Below are positions 20,114 to 31,284 of a stretch of 64,000 nt of DNA, in pieces. A program made the translations under genes and the position numbers. The stretch comes from Kyrpidia sp. (lineage in GTDB: Bacteria; Bacillota; Bacilli; Kyrpidiales; Kyrpidiaceae). Location: the NCBI GenBank assembly GCA_029960885.1, contig JASBVV010000046.1, forward strand, positions 105,895 through 169,894. Reading direction: 5' to 3'. Numbering within the stretch: position 1 is the stretch's first letter; each line of letters begins with the position of its first letter. Under the pieces are notes generated by a model, which saw nothing but the letters and a program-made list of their open reading frames with translations, did not search any database and was not told where the DNA came from.

Positions 20114-21955
20114 TCACTTCTTGTCGTCGTCCACCACCGTATAGTCGGCGTCCACGACCTTCTCGTCCTTTGCGCCTCCGGTTGAACCCCCGGCCCCCGA
20201 GGCGGTCTGTCCGGGGTTCTGCGATGCCTGCTGGTACAGCTTCACCGACAACTGCTGGACCACCAGTTGCAGTTCTTCCACGGCTTTCCTGATCGCCTCG
20301 ATATCGTTGCCCGCCAACGCATCCTTGACTTTCTGTTTGGCGGCCTCCGCCTTCTCCACATCGGCTTTGTCCACTTTTTCCCCGATGTCCTTCAGAGTTT
20401 TGTCGGTGGTATAAACCAAGGAGTCCGCCTGGTTGCGAATCTCGATCTCCTCCCGGCGCTTTCGGTCCTCTTCGGCGTGCATCTGGGCTTCCTTCACCAT
20501 CCGCTCCACTTCCTCCTTCGAGAGACCGCTGGAGGCGGTGATGGTGATCTTTTGGCTCTTTCCCGTGCCCAGATCTTTGGCCGAGACGTTCACGATCCCG
20601 TTGGCATCGATATCGAACGTCACTTCAATCTGCGGAACGCCCCGGGGTGCCGGAGGGATATCCGCCAGGGTGAAACGCCCAAGCGTCTTGTTGTCCCTCG
20701 CCATCTCCCGTTCGCCCTGAAGCACGTGAATTTCCACCGACGTCTGGTTGTCCGCCGCCGTGGTGAAAATCTGGCTCTTGGACGCGGGAATGGTGGTATT
20801 GCGCTCGATCAACTTGGTGAACACCCCGCCGAGGGTCTCGATTCCCAGCGAGAGCGGCGTCACGTCCAGCAACACAATGTCTTTCACCTCGCCGGTCAGC
20901 ACTCCGGCCTGGATCGCCGCCCCCACGGCCACCACTTCATCGGGATTGACCCCTTTCGAGGGCTCCTTGCCGATAAACTTTCGGATGGCCTCCTGAACTG
21001 CGGGAATCCGGGTGGACCCGCCGACGAGAATAACTTTGTCGATCTGGGCGGGGGTCAGTCCGGCATCTTCCAACGCCTGGCGGGTGGGCCCCAGGGTCAT
21101 CTCCACGAGATCCGCAGTCAACTCCTCGAACTTCGCCCGGGTCAGGTTCACCTCCAGGTGCTTCGGCCCAGTGGCATCGGCGGAGATAAACGGCAGCGAA
21201 ATCGTCGTGGTCAAGGCGCTCGACAACTCCTTTTTCGCCTTTTCCGCCGCGTCTTTCAGCCGCTGCAAGGCCATCCGATCCTGACTCAGATCGATCCCCG
21301 TGTCCTTTTTAAACTGATCGACCAGATAGTCCATGATCCGCTGGTCGAAGTCGTCTCCCCCCAACCGGTTGTTCCCGCTGGTGGCCTTGACTTCAAAGAC
21401 CCCGTCACCCAGTTCGAGGATCGAGACATCGAACGTCCCTCCGCCGAGGTCAAAGACGAGAATCGTTTGATCCTCCGATTTGTCCAGCCCGTAGGCCAGG
21501 GACGCCGCCGTCGGCTCATTGACGATGCGAAGAACCTCCAGACCGGCGATTTTGCCGGCGTCCACCGTCGCCTGGCGCTGACTGTCGTTAAAATACGCCG
21601 GGACGGTGATCACCGCCTGGGTGACCGGCTCTCCCAGATACGCCTCGGCGTCGGCCTTCAGTTTCTGCAGAATCATCGCCGAGATCTGTTGGGGCGTGTA
21701 CGATTTGTCGTCGATGGTCACCCGGTGGTCGCTGCCCATATGGCGCTTGATGGAAATAATCGTCCGGTCCGGATTGGTGATCGCTTGCCGCTTGGCCACA
21801 TCCCCGACCAATCGCTCCCCCGTCTTCGTGAACGCCACCACCGAGGGCGTGGTCCGTCCCCCTTCGGCATTGGGGATCACCACGGGTTCGCCGCCTTCCA
21901 TCACCGCCACACAAGAGTTGGTCGTGCCCAAGTCAATGCCGATGACTTTGCCCAT
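20114..21955 (-). CDS. dnaK: Chaperone DnaK
   Basis: [19 protein letters not shown] and LVGGSTRIP motifs. Confidence 0.98.
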   Translation of the reverse strand: MGKVIGIDLGTTNSCVAVMEGGEPVVIPNAEGGRTTPSVVAFTKTGERLVGDVAKRQAITNPDRTIISIKRHMGSDHRVTIDDKSYTPQQISAMILQKLKADAEAYLGEPVTQAVITVPAYFNDSQRQATVDAGKIAGLEVLRIVNEPTAASLAYGLDKSEDQTILVFDLGGGTFDVSILELGDGVFEVKATSGNNRLGGDDFDQRIMDYLVDQFKKDTGIDLSQDRMALQRLKDAAEKAKKELSSALTTTISLPFISADATGPKHLEVNLTRAKFEELTADLVEMTLGPTRQALEDAGLTPAQIDKVILVGGSTRIPAVQEAIRKFIGKEPSKGVNPDEVVAVGAAIQAGVLTGEVKDIVLLDVTPLSLGIETLGGVFTKLIERNTTIPASKSQIFTTAADNQTSVEIHVLQGEREMARDNKTLGRFTLADIPPAPRGVPQIEVTFDIDANGIVNVSAKDLGTGKSQKITITASSGLSKEEVERMVKEAQMHAEEDRKRREEIEIRNQADSLVYTTDKTLKDIGEKVDKADVEKAEAAKQKVKDALAGNDIEAIRKAVEELQLVVQQLSVKLYQQASQNPGQTASGAGGSTGGAKDEKVVDADYTVVDDDKK

Positions 21956-21957
21956 GC

Positions 21958-22683
21958 TCAATTCCCTCCTGTGTCTCCGCTCACTTTGACCATCGCCGGA
22001 CGCAAGACTCGATCCTTATACCGGTATCCTTTCCGGAATTCTTCAACCACCGTGCCCGGCGGCTCTTCGGTGTCGGACACCTGGGCGATCGCTTCGTGGA
22101 GATTCGGGTCAAACGGCTTTCCCACCGTTTCAATGGCCGAGACCCCCTCCCGTTCCAATACGTCGCGAAATTGCCGCACCACCATGTCCACCCCCTGAAG
22201 GAGGGATCCGACATCGGTGGACTGCTGACCCGACTTTAACGCCAACTCCAAATGATCCAACACCGGCAGGAACTTCTCAATCACACCCGCCACCGCCGCC
22301 GACGCCCATTCCTCACGCTCTTGACGAGTCCGGCGGCGGAAGTTCTCAAAATCCGCCTGCATGCGCAGCGCGCGCTGTCGCCAGCTCTCCGCCTCCTCGC
22401 GCAACCGCCGGAGCTCCGCCTGAACCTCCTCGGCCGGCGGCTCCTTGAGCTCACCCGAACCGGCATCCTCGCCGTGATCCTCGAATCCGGCCGCCTCTCC
22501 GGACGCCCCCTTCTCGCCTGCCATGGCGGCCCCGGCCCCCTCCCTTTCTCTGTTGTTTCCGCCGCCCTCGGCCGCCGCCGTCTCTCCCGAATCCTGTCCC
22601 GGGCCTGCCCCCGTCCCGCCGGGACCTCCCCGAATCGCCTCATCCTGTGCATGGGATTGGTGCCCCTGCTTGTCTTCCACCAC
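21958..22683 (-). CDS. grpE: Nucleotide exchange factor GrpE
   Basis: [17 protein letters not shown] and GY...[10 protein letters not shown] motifs; GTG start inferred. Confidence 0.93.
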   Translation of the reverse strand: MVEDKQGHQSHAQDEAIRGGPGGTGAGPGQDSGETAAAEGGGNNREREGAGAAMAGEKGASGEAAGFEDHGEDAGSGELKEPPAEEVQAELRRLREEAESWRQRALRMQADFENFRRRTRQEREEWASAAVAGVIEKFLPVLDHLELALKSGQQSTDVGSLLQGVDMVVRQFRDVLEREGVSAIETVGKPFDPNLHEAIAQVSDTEEPPGTVVEEFRKGYRYKDRVLRPAMVKVSGDTGGN

Positions 22684-22766
22684 CGTCCACCCCTTCATAA
22701 AGCCAAAAATATGGGCGGCAGAGGCGATCAATGTCCTCCACCGCACCCCGCTGTGTCATCCGCCCC

Positions 22767-23792
22767 TCAGAGTCCCCCGCGATTAAACAGGTCGGTCAAA
22801 ACATGGGAAAGGTAATGGAGAACGCCGATCACCCTCCCGTACTCCATACGGGTCGGGCCCACGACGCCGATGATCCCCACCTGTCCTCCGTGGATCCGGT
22901 AAGTCGCCGTGGCCACGCTGCACTCCTGGGCAGCAGACAGTTCATTTTCGTACCCGATGCGGACCTGAACGCCCTGGCGCATCGGGGGACCCACCAACTG
23001 AGCCACCCCGTTCGCATCCTCCAACATCACCAGAAGGGGTTTGAGTTTCTCGAGATCTCGAAACTCGGGCTGCTCCAGAATCTTCGTGGTTCCTCCCACA
23101 TAGACCCATTCTTCAGTGGGAGCCGTCAGTTCATCAATCAAGTTCAACACGCGCTCGTACCGATCCACGTGGCGACGCAGTTCCAACCCGATCTGCTGTT
23201 CCAATTTCTCCTTCAGTTCGCTGATGGAAGCGCCCACCAGGCGGTCGTTCAGCAGATCCACCAGTTGCTGGATTTCCGCCAAATCGGCCGGATCCGGGAG
23301 GATCACCGTCTTTTTCTCCACGTGACCGCTGTCCGTCACCAGGATGGCGACCGCCGCCCACTCCCCGAGGGGCACCACCTGAATATGGCGCAGTTTGGCC
23401 TCTTCGCCCATGGGTCCCAGCACAAAGGCGGTATAATTGGTCAACGTCGACAGAATCCCCGCCGTCTGTTTCACCACGTGTTCCATGGCATCCAGCCGTT
23501 CCCGGAACAGCCGCCGTATCTGGGCAATCTCCCGGGGACTCAGAAACGACGGCTGCAACAGGTGATCCACGTAAAACCGGTATCCCTTTTGGGACGGAAT
23601 CCGCCCCGCCGATGTATGCGGTTGTTCGAGATATCCCATCTCTTCCAGATCGCTCATCTCATTGCGGATCGTGGCAGGGCTCAAGTGCGCTTCCATTCGC
23701 TTGGAAATCGTACGGGAACCGACGGGTTCGGCAGAACGGATATAATCATCGACAACCAACCGTAAAATCAGTTGTTGTCGCTCGGTGAGCAT
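22767..23792 (-). CDS. hrcA: Heat-inducible repressor HrcA
   Basis: EPVGSR, SPATIRNEM, QPHTSAGRIPS and GPTRM motifs. Confidence 0.96.
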   Translation of the reverse strand: MLTERQQLILRLVVDDYIRSAEPVGSRTISKRMEAHLSPATIRNEMSDLEEMGYLEQPHTSAGRIPSQKGYRFYVDHLLQPSFLSPREIAQIRRLFRERLDAMEHVVKQTAGILSTLTNYTAFVLGPMGEEAKLRHIQVVPLGEWAAVAILVTDSGHVEKKTVILPDPADLAEIQQLVDLLNDRLVGASISELKEKLEQQIGLELRRHVDRYERVLNLIDELTAPTEEWVYVGGTTKILEQPEFRDLEKLKPLLVMLEDANGVAQLVGPPMRQGVQVRIGYENELSAAQECSVATATYRIHGGQVGIIGVVGPTRMEYGRVIGVLHYLSHVLTDLFNRGGL

Positions 23793-23812
23793 GGTCCGTC
23801 ACCCCCCGCCTG

Positions 23813-23839
23813 TTAGCACTCGAACACACCGAGTGCTAA
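23813..23839. promoter_or_regulatory. CIRCE element
   Basis: Perfect TTAGCACTC-N9-GAGTGCTAA upstream of hrcA. Confidence 0.97.
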
Positions 23840-23853
23840 ACCTCCATACGTTG

Positions 23854-23883
23854 AAAATACCAAAGACCGTCAGACTTTGTCAA
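23854..23883 (-). promoter_or_regulatory. sigmaA promoter of the hrcA operon
   Basis: TTGACA-18 nt-TATTTT with TG-N extension, just upstream of CIRCE. Confidence 0.75.
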
Positions 23884-25099
23884 CGGATAGGTCGAGAAAC
23901 GATTGGAACACTTCGTTGCTGATCCACAGTGCATCCCGCGCCATCCGTATCCGCGACCCCTCCCGAACCAACAGACCCGCACCGAGATGCCGGGCCACTG
24001 GGCCGGCAAACACCTCAAAAAGCGAACGTCCGTGGCGTTGCCGAAACCGACCGTCTTCCACCCCATCCAACAGGCGAAGCCCAAGGATCATCGTGTCCTC
24101 CATCTCCTCCTGTTCAGACACCCTGTGTCGCTCGGCGATCGGCACCTCGCCGGACAACACCCGGTCCATGTACGCCGGCACATCTCGAACCACGGCGTAC
24201 CGCACCCCCTCCACATATCCGTGGGCGCCGGGACCGGCCGCCAGATAGGGTTCATTGTGCCAGTACACCAGATTGTGACGGCAACGATGCCCCGGCTTGG
24301 CAAAATTGCTGATCTCATACTGTTCATACCCGGCCCGGTCCATGGTCTCCATCAGTGTCCGATACATTTCCGCCTCAAGGTCTTCCGGCGGCAGGGTGAG
24401 AAGCCCTTGATCGTACCAACGCCCGAACGGGGTCCCGTCTTCCACCTTCAGGCCGTATGCCGAGATGTGATCCGGGGCCAACCCCACCGCTTCCGCCAGG
24501 GTGTTCCGCCACTGGTCCATGGTTTGACCCGGCAAACCGAACATCAGGTCCAGATTGAGGGAAAATCCGCCTTCCGCCCGGGCGAGCTCCACGCCGCGGC
24601 CGACCTCTTCCACCCCGTGGGAGCGTCCCAGCCGGTTCAACAATTCCGCTTGAAACGCTTGTACCCCGAAGCTCAGCCGGGTCACTCCCGCCGCGCGAAA
24701 AACGGCCAGCTTTTCCCCGTCCACCGTTCCCGGATTGGCCTCGACGGTGATCTCCGCCCCCGGCGCAAGATCGAAGGCATCCTGAAGCGCCTTCCACACC
24801 CGCTCCCACTGCGAAGCCGACAACAGGGTGGGGGTCCCTCCCCCAAAGTAGACCGTCTCCAGCGATATCCCGGGAAATTGTTCTCCAAGCCCGTGAAGCT
24901 CACTCGCCAAAGCCTGGACAAACCGGTCCCGCACCGGGTCCCCGGCCACATACGAATTAAAATCACAGTAATAACATTTGCTCGCACAAAACGGAATGTG
25001 CACATAAAGCGCTTTGACGGGAAGCCCTTTCATCCGCTTCGCCTTCTTTCCCGGACCGAGACTCAAACGGCGCCCGGCGACCCCGCCGCGCGCCGTCAT
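23870..25099 (-). CDS. hemW: Radical SAM heme chaperone HemW (HemN-like)
   Basis: [28 protein letters not shown] and HNLVYW motifs; position between lepA and hrcA; start 25099 or 25033. Confidence 0.9.
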   Translation of the reverse strand: MTARGGVAGRRLSLGPGKKAKRMKGLPVKALYVHIPFCASKCYYCDFNSYVAGDPVRDRFVQALASELHGLGEQFPGISLETVYFGGGTPTLLSASQWERVWKALQDAFDLAPGAEITVEANPGTVDGEKLAVFRAAGVTRLSFGVQAFQAELLNRLGRSHGVEEVGRGVELARAEGGFSLNLDLMFGLPGQTMDQWRNTLAEAVGLAPDHISAYGLKVEDGTPFGRWYDQGLLTLPPEDLEAEMYRTLMETMDRAGYEQYEISNFAKPGHRCRHNLVYWHNEPYLAAGPGAHGYVEGVRYAVVRDVPAYMDRVLSGEVPIAERHRVSEQEEMEDTMILGLRLLDGVEDGRFRQRHGRSLFEVFAGPVARHLGAGLLVREGSRIRMARDALWISNEVFQSFLDLSVDKV

Positions 25100-26904
25100 T
25101 CCATTTTCAGAACCGCCATGAAAGCTTCCTGGGGGATCTCCACATTCCCCACCTGCTTCATCCGCTTTTTTCCCTCTTTTTGTTTCTCCAGCAGCTTCCG
25201 CTTGCGCGTGATGTCACCGCCGTAACACTTCGCCAGGACGTTCTTTCGCAGGGCCCGGACCGTCTCCCGGGCGATGACCCGGTTGCCGATCGACGCCTGG
25301 ATCGGCACTTCGAACAATTGACGTGGAATGAGTTCTTTCAGCCGCTCACACAAGGCCCGCCCCCGGTGGTACGCCCGGTCCCGATGGACGATGAACGACA
25401 GGGCATCCACCATTTCTCCGTTGATCAGGATGTCCATGCGCACCAGATCGGAAGGGCGATACCCGGCCAGTTCGTAGTCAAAGGACGCGTACCCTTTGGT
25501 GCTCGATTTGAGCCGATCAAAGAAATCGTAAACGATCTCCGTGAGGGGAAGGGCGTAAACCAAGGTCGCCCGATTTTCGTCCAGATATTGCATGTCCTTG
25601 AATTCTCCGCGTTTCTCCTGGCACAGTTCCATCACGGTCCCGACGTAATCCTCGGGCACGATAATCGATGCATGGACAAAAGGTTCTTCGATCCGTTCGA
25701 TTCGGGAGGCGTCGGGCATGCGGCTGGGATTGTCCACGGGAATCATCTCCCCGGCGGTGGTGTACACATGGTAAATCACGCTCGGCGCCGTGGTGATCAA
25801 TTGGAGACCGTATTCCCGCTCCAGCCGTTCCTGAATGATCTCCATGTGCAAAAGCCCCAGAAACCCGCAGCGAAAACCGAAGCCCAGGGCACCCGACGTC
25901 TCCGGTTCGTAGGTGAGAGCGGCATCGTTGAGTCCGAGTTTTTCCAGCGCTTCCCGGAGATCCTGATAGTCGTTCGAGTCCACCGGATACAATCCGCAGA
26001 AGACCATGGGATTGATCTTTCGGTAGCCCGGCAGCGGCCGGGCGGCGGGGCGGAATGCATCGGTGACCGTATCCCCCACCCGGGTGTCCCGGACATTTTT
26101 GATGGCGGCGGCCACAAACCCCACGTCGCCCACGGCCAACTCCTCCACCGGGGTCATCTTGGGTTTGAACGTCCCCACTTCCACCACATCGAACTCCGCA
26201 CCGGTGGCCATCATCCGAATGCGCATCCCGGGGCGCAGCACACCGTTGACCACCCGAACGTATACAATGACGCCTTTATACGGGTCATAATGGGAATCGA
26301 AGATCAGCGCTTGCAGCGGAGCGTCCGGATCCCCTTCCGGAGCGGGAATGGTCCGGACGATCGCCTCCAGAATCTCCTTGATACCGATCCCCTCTTTGGC
26401 GGAGGCGAGAATGGCCTGATCGGCATCCAGGCCGATCACTTCCTCGATTTCCCGTTTCACCCGTTCGGGTTCCGCACTCGGCAAATCGATCTTGTTCACC
26501 ACCGGGATGATCTCCAGGTCGTTGTCGAGGGCCAGATAGACATTGGCCAGGGTTTGGGCCTCAATGCCCTGGGCGGCGTCCACCACGAGCAGCGCCCCTT
26601 CACACGCCGCCAAGCTGCGGGATACCTCGTAGCTGAAATCCACATGGCCGGGGGTGTCAATCAGATGGAGAGTGTACGTCTCCCCGTCCGACGCTTTGTA
26701 CTCCAAACGAACCGCCTGGAGTTTAATCGTAATTCCGCGTTCCCGTTCCAAATCCATCTGATCAAGCACCTGGTCGTGCATTTCCCGGGCGGTGAGGGCA
26801 CCGGTATACTCCAAAATCCGATCCGCCAAGGTCGATTTGCCATGGTCGATGTGAGCGATAATACAAAAGTTTCGAATTCTCTTCTGTCTCTCCTGGGGAT
26901 CCAC
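25096..26904 (-). CDS. lepA: Elongation factor 4 LepA
   Basis: [22 protein letters not shown] and [18 protein letters not shown] motifs. Confidence 0.97.
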   Translation of the reverse strand: MDPQERQKRIRNFCIIAHIDHGKSTLADRILEYTGALTAREMHDQVLDQMDLERERGITIKLQAVRLEYKASDGETYTLHLIDTPGHVDFSYEVSRSLAACEGALLVVDAAQGIEAQTLANVYLALDNDLEIIPVVNKIDLPSAEPERVKREIEEVIGLDADQAILASAKEGIGIKEILEAIVRTIPAPEGDPDAPLQALIFDSHYDPYKGVIVYVRVVNGVLRPGMRIRMMATGAEFDVVEVGTFKPKMTPVEELAVGDVGFVAAAIKNVRDTRVGDTVTDAFRPAARPLPGYRKINPMVFCGLYPVDSNDYQDLREALEKLGLNDAALTYEPETSGALGFGFRCGFLGLLHMEIIQERLEREYGLQLITTAPSVIYHVYTTAGEMIPVDNPSRMPDASRIERIEEPFVHASIIVPEDYVGTVMELCQEKRGEFKDMQYLDENRATLVYALPLTEIVYDFFDRLKSSTKGYASFDYELAGYRPSDLVRMDILINGEMVDALSFIVHRDRAYHRGRALCERLKELIPRQLFEVPIQASIGNRVIARETVRALRKNVLAKCYGGDITRKRKLLEKQKEGKKRMKQVGNVEIPQEAFMAVLKME

Positions 26905-26999
26905 GCGCCCCCTCCTCCTGTCCGCCAGCATCTTTCCGAATTATACGCTGTACAGGCGGACTCGACAAGGGACCGTCGGGCACCGGCCGGCGACCTCGA

Positions 27000-27299
27000 T
27001 CAGTGGTCGGAGAACATTTTGACCAGGAGATCTCGGGTCTGGCCTTTGATCCAAGTTCCCGCGGCGATCCCCGCCTGCTCCACGGCCATGGACACGTCGC
27101 TGGTCGCCAACTCCACCCGCCGATTCAACCGTTCCCCCACGGGGGTCCAGGGCGGAGTGGGTGCCGGATCGCCGGCCAGGGCGCTGACTCCGCGCTGGGC
27201 CATGTCGATGCCGATGGCGATGATCCCTCCGCACATACACAGCAGGGCCGCATAGGTCAACAGACGTCCGAGGAAAGCCCGCACCGCGCATCCCTCCAC
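27000..27299 (-). CDS. Small membrane-anchored protein, YqxA-like by position
   Basis: N-terminal TM helix; lies between spoIIP and lepA like B. subtilis yqxA. Confidence 0.5.
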   Translation of the reverse strand: MEGCAVRAFLGRLLTYAALLCMCGGIIAIGIDMAQRGVSALAGDPAPTPPWTPVGERLNRRVELATSDVSMAVEQAGIAAGTWIKGQTRDLLVKMFSDH

Positions 27300-27311
27300 G
27301 ATCCAGTATGG

Positions 27312-28439
27312 TCAGGGCGTGGTGTGACCTAAACCGGCGGCCGCCCGGTCTTTGAGCAGGGCGGCGACGGCGTCCGCGAGACAGGAGGCCGTGCGATCCA
27401 ATTCCGCCTCGGTGTTTTCCGGGCCGCCGATTTCAATCAAGACCATGTTCGGGGACAGGTCCTGGTTGTACGTGGCGTCGTAGGTAGTGCTGCGTTTGGC
27501 CCAAATGTCCCGGACCAAGTGGGGATACAACTGGTCCAACTTGCTTTTCATCGCCTCGGCCAACTGTTCGTTCGCGGCGTGGTCGGGATTGTTTCCGCCG
27601 ATGATAAAACGGACCTTGGCATAGGTCTGATCGTTGATTGTGGTGGTGGTCAGGTCCCGAGGATCCGAATCCCGATGAACGTCAAAAATCATTTGAAGGC
27701 TCGGGTATTTGTGCAAGACGTCCTCCACCGTTTTCCTGGAAAAAGCGTACTCCTTGCTGTAATCCCCCATTGGATAATAGTCGACCGTGGTTTGCACAGC
27801 GGGAATGCCCCGCTGTTTCAAATCCTCCACCAGCCGGGCCCCGACCAAGGTGATGTTCTTCGTTTTGTCGTAGGCATCGTCAAAACGGGTGCGGCCGGGA
27901 AGCATCGGGAGAAAGGATTCGCGGTTATGGGTGTGATAGATGTATACCAACGGGTCGGAAGACGTCGAAGGCAGTCCGGATGTGTTCGGAGGAGCGGGCT
28001 GTTCGTGTCGAAAGAGTCCGGGGGACGGCGACCCGTCATCGGGAGGGCGAAGATCGACCGCCCGGCTGTCCAGAGCGATGGGGTAATCGCTGAAAGCCAT
28101 ACCCGGTACTGTCCATCCCAAAATACTGGAAGGGTGCGCCGGATCCACCTCGGTGAGACGGTCGAATAACGACGCCACCCAAGACGGGCGGTCACCGACC
28201 CCGCCTGGGTCTGTCGACCGGGCCATGAGCGGCATCCCCTCGTGGACCACGGCCGACCAGGTCTCGGGGTCCACCGCGCCCAGAATCCCGGCCCCTTCGG
28301 TGGGCTGGGGCCCCAAGATCACCAGGGCGGTCATGAGCAACACCGCCGATACGACAATCAGCCATGCGCTGACGGAGGCCCCGGGCCCGCGGCGAGGCGT
28401 GCGAAACGTAACAACGCGAAACGGTGACGGTTTTCGCAT
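27312..28439 (-). CDS. spoIIP: Stage II sporulation protein P
   Basis: VYIYHTHNRESF, FDVHRD, YNQDLS and LIEIGG motifs; downstream of gpr. Confidence 0.93.
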   Translation of the reverse strand: MRKPSPFRVVTFRTPRRGPGASVSAWLIVVSAVLLMTALVILGPQPTEGAGILGAVDPETWSAVVHEGMPLMARSTDPGGVGDRPSWVASLFDRLTEVDPAHPSSILGWTVPGMAFSDYPIALDSRAVDLRPPDDGSPSPGLFRHEQPAPPNTSGLPSTSSDPLVYIYHTHNRESFLPMLPGRTRFDDAYDKTKNITLVGARLVEDLKQRGIPAVQTTVDYYPMGDYSKEYAFSRKTVEDVLHKYPSLQMIFDVHRDSDPRDLTTTTINDQTYAKVRFIIGGNNPDHAANEQLAEAMKSKLDQLYPHLVRDIWAKRSTTYDATYNQDLSPNMVLIEIGGPENTEAELDRTASCLADAVAALLKDRAAAGLGHTTP

Positions 28440-28470
28440 GGCCCACACCTCCTGCCGTCCTCTTCGGTAC

Positions 28471-28499
28471 AAGCTATGCCGGCGGAGGGGCGGCTATGC
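28471..28499 (-). promoter_or_regulatory. sigmaE-type promoter for spoIIP
   Basis: GCATAGC-14 nt-CATAGCTT; spoIIP has a sigmaE promoter in B. subtilis. Confidence 0.65.
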
Positions 28500-28560
28500 C
28501 GCTCGGACACATTCACAGGTTTCGTGACCAGCCACTTTTCTTTTGCCCGTTTATTCGCTT

Positions 28561-29637
28561 TCAATGGGTAAATAAGGCGGCATCCTCCAGGGTAATCGCC
28601 GGGTGCAAGGCCACATTCAACCCCGTGGCCACAATGTGAGCGGCGTCTTCCACAAAAGCGTCGATTTCCTTCGGCGTCACCACGAGATTGTCGCCGAGAG
28701 GGTCCAGGATCTCTGTGATCCACCGGCGTTTCTCAGCCACGTCCACGGTGTTGAAGACATGGCGAACCTGTTCGGACACCCCCTTGGCCAATTGATGCAG
28801 CAAATAATCCAAGGCGTCCTGAATGATCGTCGTGGCCTCAACCACGGTGGGCACACCGATGGCCACCACGGGCACGCCCAGGGTTGCCCGGGTCAACCCC
28901 TTGCGCCGGTTGCCCACCCCGGATCCGGGATGAATCCCCGTGTCGGAAATCTGAATGGTGGTGTTGACCCGTTTCGTGGATCGGGAAGCCAATGCATCCA
29001 CCGCCACCAACAGCTTCGGTTTGACGTGTCCCACGATCCCGCGAACGATCTCCATGGTTTCAATGCCCGTAATGCCGAGCACCCCCGGGGCCACGGCACT
29101 GACGCTGCGGTAGCCGTCTCCCATGATGTCCGGAATATGGTGAAACAGATGGCGGGTGACAAACAGCTTGTCGACCACCAGCGGGCCCAACGAGTCGGCG
29201 GTGACATTCCAGTTCCCCAGGCCCACCACCAGGGCCGACTCGGTTTCCGGCAGTTCGAGAAACCTGGACAGTTCCTCGGCCATCCTCTGAGATACCCGCT
29301 CCTGAAGATCGGGATCCCGCTTGCGCAAACCCGGCACCTCAAGGGTGCTGTACCGCCCGGGTTCCTTCCCCATCCTGCGTGCCGCCTGTTCATCGTGCAC
29401 GTGCATCCGGGTGACCGTGATTCCCTCTTCCGTCCAGGTCTCCACGTCCACGCCCGGGATGTCGCCGCCCCCGGCCAGCTCATGGGCCTCCACCGCCAGG
29501 TCGGCCCGGGGATTCGACGAGCCGTCGTGCGCCGATTTCGGAGCAACACCGTCCGGCCATATTCCCTCATGTTCCCCTTTGCTCAATCGTTTCCAGGCAT
29601 GGGCGTTCGTCCTTTGCAAACGCGTCCCCTCCTCCAC
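28561..29637 (-). CDS. gpr: Germination protease GPR
   Basis: DLAVEA, GLGNWNVTADSLGP, VDALAS, GIHPGSGVGN and VTPKEID motifs. Confidence 0.95.
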   Translation of the reverse strand: MEEGTRLQRTNAHAWKRLSKGEHEGIWPDGVAPKSAHDGSSNPRADLAVEAHELAGGGDIPGVDVETWTEEGITVTRMHVHDEQAARRMGKEPGRYSTLEVPGLRKRDPDLQERVSQRMAEELSRFLELPETESALVVGLGNWNVTADSLGPLVVDKLFVTRHLFHHIPDIMGDGYRSVSAVAPGVLGITGIETMEIVRGIVGHVKPKLLVAVDALASRSTKRVNTTIQISDTGIHPGSGVGNRRKGLTRATLGVPVVAIGVPTVVEATTIIQDALDYLLHQLAKGVSEQVRHVFNTVDVAEKRRWITEILDPLGDNLVVTPKEIDAFVEDAAHIVATGLNVALHPAITLEDAALFTH

Positions 29638-29719
29638 CGTCTTGGCTCAGCACCGGTTTTAGTATGTCCCGCCGGCCGAAGGCGTTTTGTCATGCACAAC
29701 CTGAACCTGCGCGCATGGG

Positions 29720-29748
29720 TTGCACCCCGACCGGCGGCATGGTAGAAT
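29720..29748 (+). promoter_or_regulatory. sigmaA promoter for rpsT
   Basis: TTGCAC-17 nt-TAGAAT with TG-N extension. Confidence 0.7.
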
Positions 29749-29804
29749 ACCTTTTGTTTGCAGGTGGCTCTGCCACAAGCCGTCCGTCAAGGAGGTGAAC
29801 GTGT

Positions 29805-30095
29805 TTGCCGAACATCAAATCCGCCATAAAGCGGGTGCGCATCACCCGGAAGCGCACCTTGAGAAACGCGTCGTTAAAATCCATGTTGCGCACGGCCATT
29901 AAGAAATTTCACGTCGCCCTGCAGACCGGCGATCTGGACGCGGCCGAGCGTCAACTCCGAGAAGCCGTCCGCCGCATCGACAAATCGGTCACCAAAGGAA
30001 TTCTGCACCGAAATGCGGCGGCAAGGAAAAAATCCCGCCTGACCCGGAAGTTTCAGGCGGCCGTCAAAGCACGGAATGTTCAAGAGTCGGCCTAA
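29805..30095 (+). CDS. rpsT: 30S ribosomal protein S20
   Basis: PNIKSAIKR and KGILHRNAAARKKSRL motifs; TTG start with AAGGAGG RBS. Confidence 0.96.
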   Translation: MPNIKSAIKRVRITRKRTLRNASLKSMLRTAIKKFHVALQTGDLDAAERQLREAVRRIDKSVTKGILHRNAAARKKSRLTRKFQAAVKARNVQESA

Positions 30096-30131
30096 ATAAA
30101 AAAGCCTCGCGAGGAGGCTTTTTTATTTAGG
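30091..30131. terminator. Bidirectional terminator between rpsT and holA
   Basis: Perfect 18-bp inverted repeat CCTAAATAAAAAAGCCTC/GAGGCTTTTTTATTTAGG. Confidence 0.85.
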
Positions 30132-31250
30132 CGATGGCTTGTCCTTGTCGCTCGAGCCCGGCCCCAAGGAATCCCCCGCCGCGCTTCCGGTACCAAAATC
30201 CGCCGCCTTCGCGCCACTCGATGTCCCTCCTTTGAGGCGTATGGGAAGGGCGGCCACAAAGTCCGCCAACGCGTCGCGGTCTGTGCGGCGCCCGGTTTTG
30301 ATGTCGGCATCGAGATCCGCGAGCCACTGAAGAACACGACTGATTTGGTGCAGAGAGTACAGACGTCCTTGTTCCAAGGCGATCTTGAAGGCAAAGGGCC
30401 GGATCCCCAATTGCGCGGCGATATCCGTCCCCGCGTGTCCTCGTCGGGATTGCCCGACCGCGTGATATATCAATCGAAATTGCCTGGCCAAGAGCATCAA
30501 GAGTTTCACCGGACTCTCTTTTTGCCGCAACAGTCGGTCCAAGCCTGTCAACGCCCGGTCCGTCTTCAGGCGAACGACGTCATCCACCCAGCGAAACACA
30601 TCCTGCTCCGGAAAAGGAACCACCACCTGATCGACATCTTCCGTCCGGATCGATTCCCCTGGAACATACAGGGATAATTTATCCAATTCTCCGGCCAGCA
30701 ATTCAAGGTGTCCGCCCGACAACAGGATCAATCGCCGCACCGCATCGCTCTCGATCCGCTTGCCCCGGGCTTCCGCTTCCCGGCGAATCCATGCGGCCAA
30801 CTCGGATTCCCTCAAGGCCGCACATGTCCACCATCGCCCCTTCGCTTTGACGCCTCTCACCCACTTTTTCCGTTCATCCACTTTCTGATCGCCCACAAGG
30901 ACGACCACCACCGATTCGGCGGACGGCTGGTCCACATAGTCTTCCCACGCCGCCAGATCGTGGCCCACCTTCGCCCGGCCGCCCAACGCTTCGCCTCCCG
31001 AAGCGATGATCAGCCTCCGTTCGCTGAAAAACGGCACAGTACGCGCCTCGAGAACCACCTGTTGAACGGGGGTTTCCAACAGATCAAAGCGGGCCACATT
31101 CATTTCCGGAACGGCGATGGGACAGGCCTTTAGCAACTCCTCGACAATGAGGCGGGCAACATAGGTTTCGGGCCCATCCAGAACGTAGATCGGGGCCAGT
31201 CGCCCGCCGCGGATTTCCTCCACCCACCGGTCCCAGTACACGGCTCCCAC
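30123..31250 (-). CDS. holA: DNA polymerase III delta subunit
   Basis: PIYVLDGPETY, PFFSERR, ELDKL, RQFRL and DADIKTG motifs; adjacent to rpsT. Confidence 0.9.
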   Translation of the reverse strand: MGAVYWDRWVEEIRGGRLAPIYVLDGPETYVARLIVEELLKACPIAVPEMNVARFDLLETPVQQVVLEARTVPFFSERRLIIASGGEALGGRAKVGHDLAAWEDYVDQPSAESVVVVLVGDQKVDERKKWVRGVKAKGRWWTCAALRESELAAWIRREAEARGKRIESDAVRRLILLSGGHLELLAGELDKLSLYVPGESIRTEDVDQVVVPFPEQDVFRWVDDVVRLKTDRALTGLDRLLRQKESPVKLLMLLARQFRLIYHAVGQSRRGHAGTDIAAQLGIRPFAFKIALEQGRLYSLHQISRVLQWLADLDADIKTGRRTDRDALADFVAALPIRLKGGTSSGAKAADFGTGSAAGDSLGPGSSDKDKPSPK

Positions 31251-31284
31251 CTCAACCCCAGCATAGCACAGGCGGAACTTGCGA

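Noticed and set aside
20267-27255. Long plus-strand ORFs opposite dnaK, hrcA, hemW and lepA
   Set aside because: Antisense shadows of conserved genes
29660-29695. sigmaF/sigmaG promoter for gpr
   Set aside because: Good -10 (GGACATACTA) but no -35 at the expected spacing; not listed as a feature
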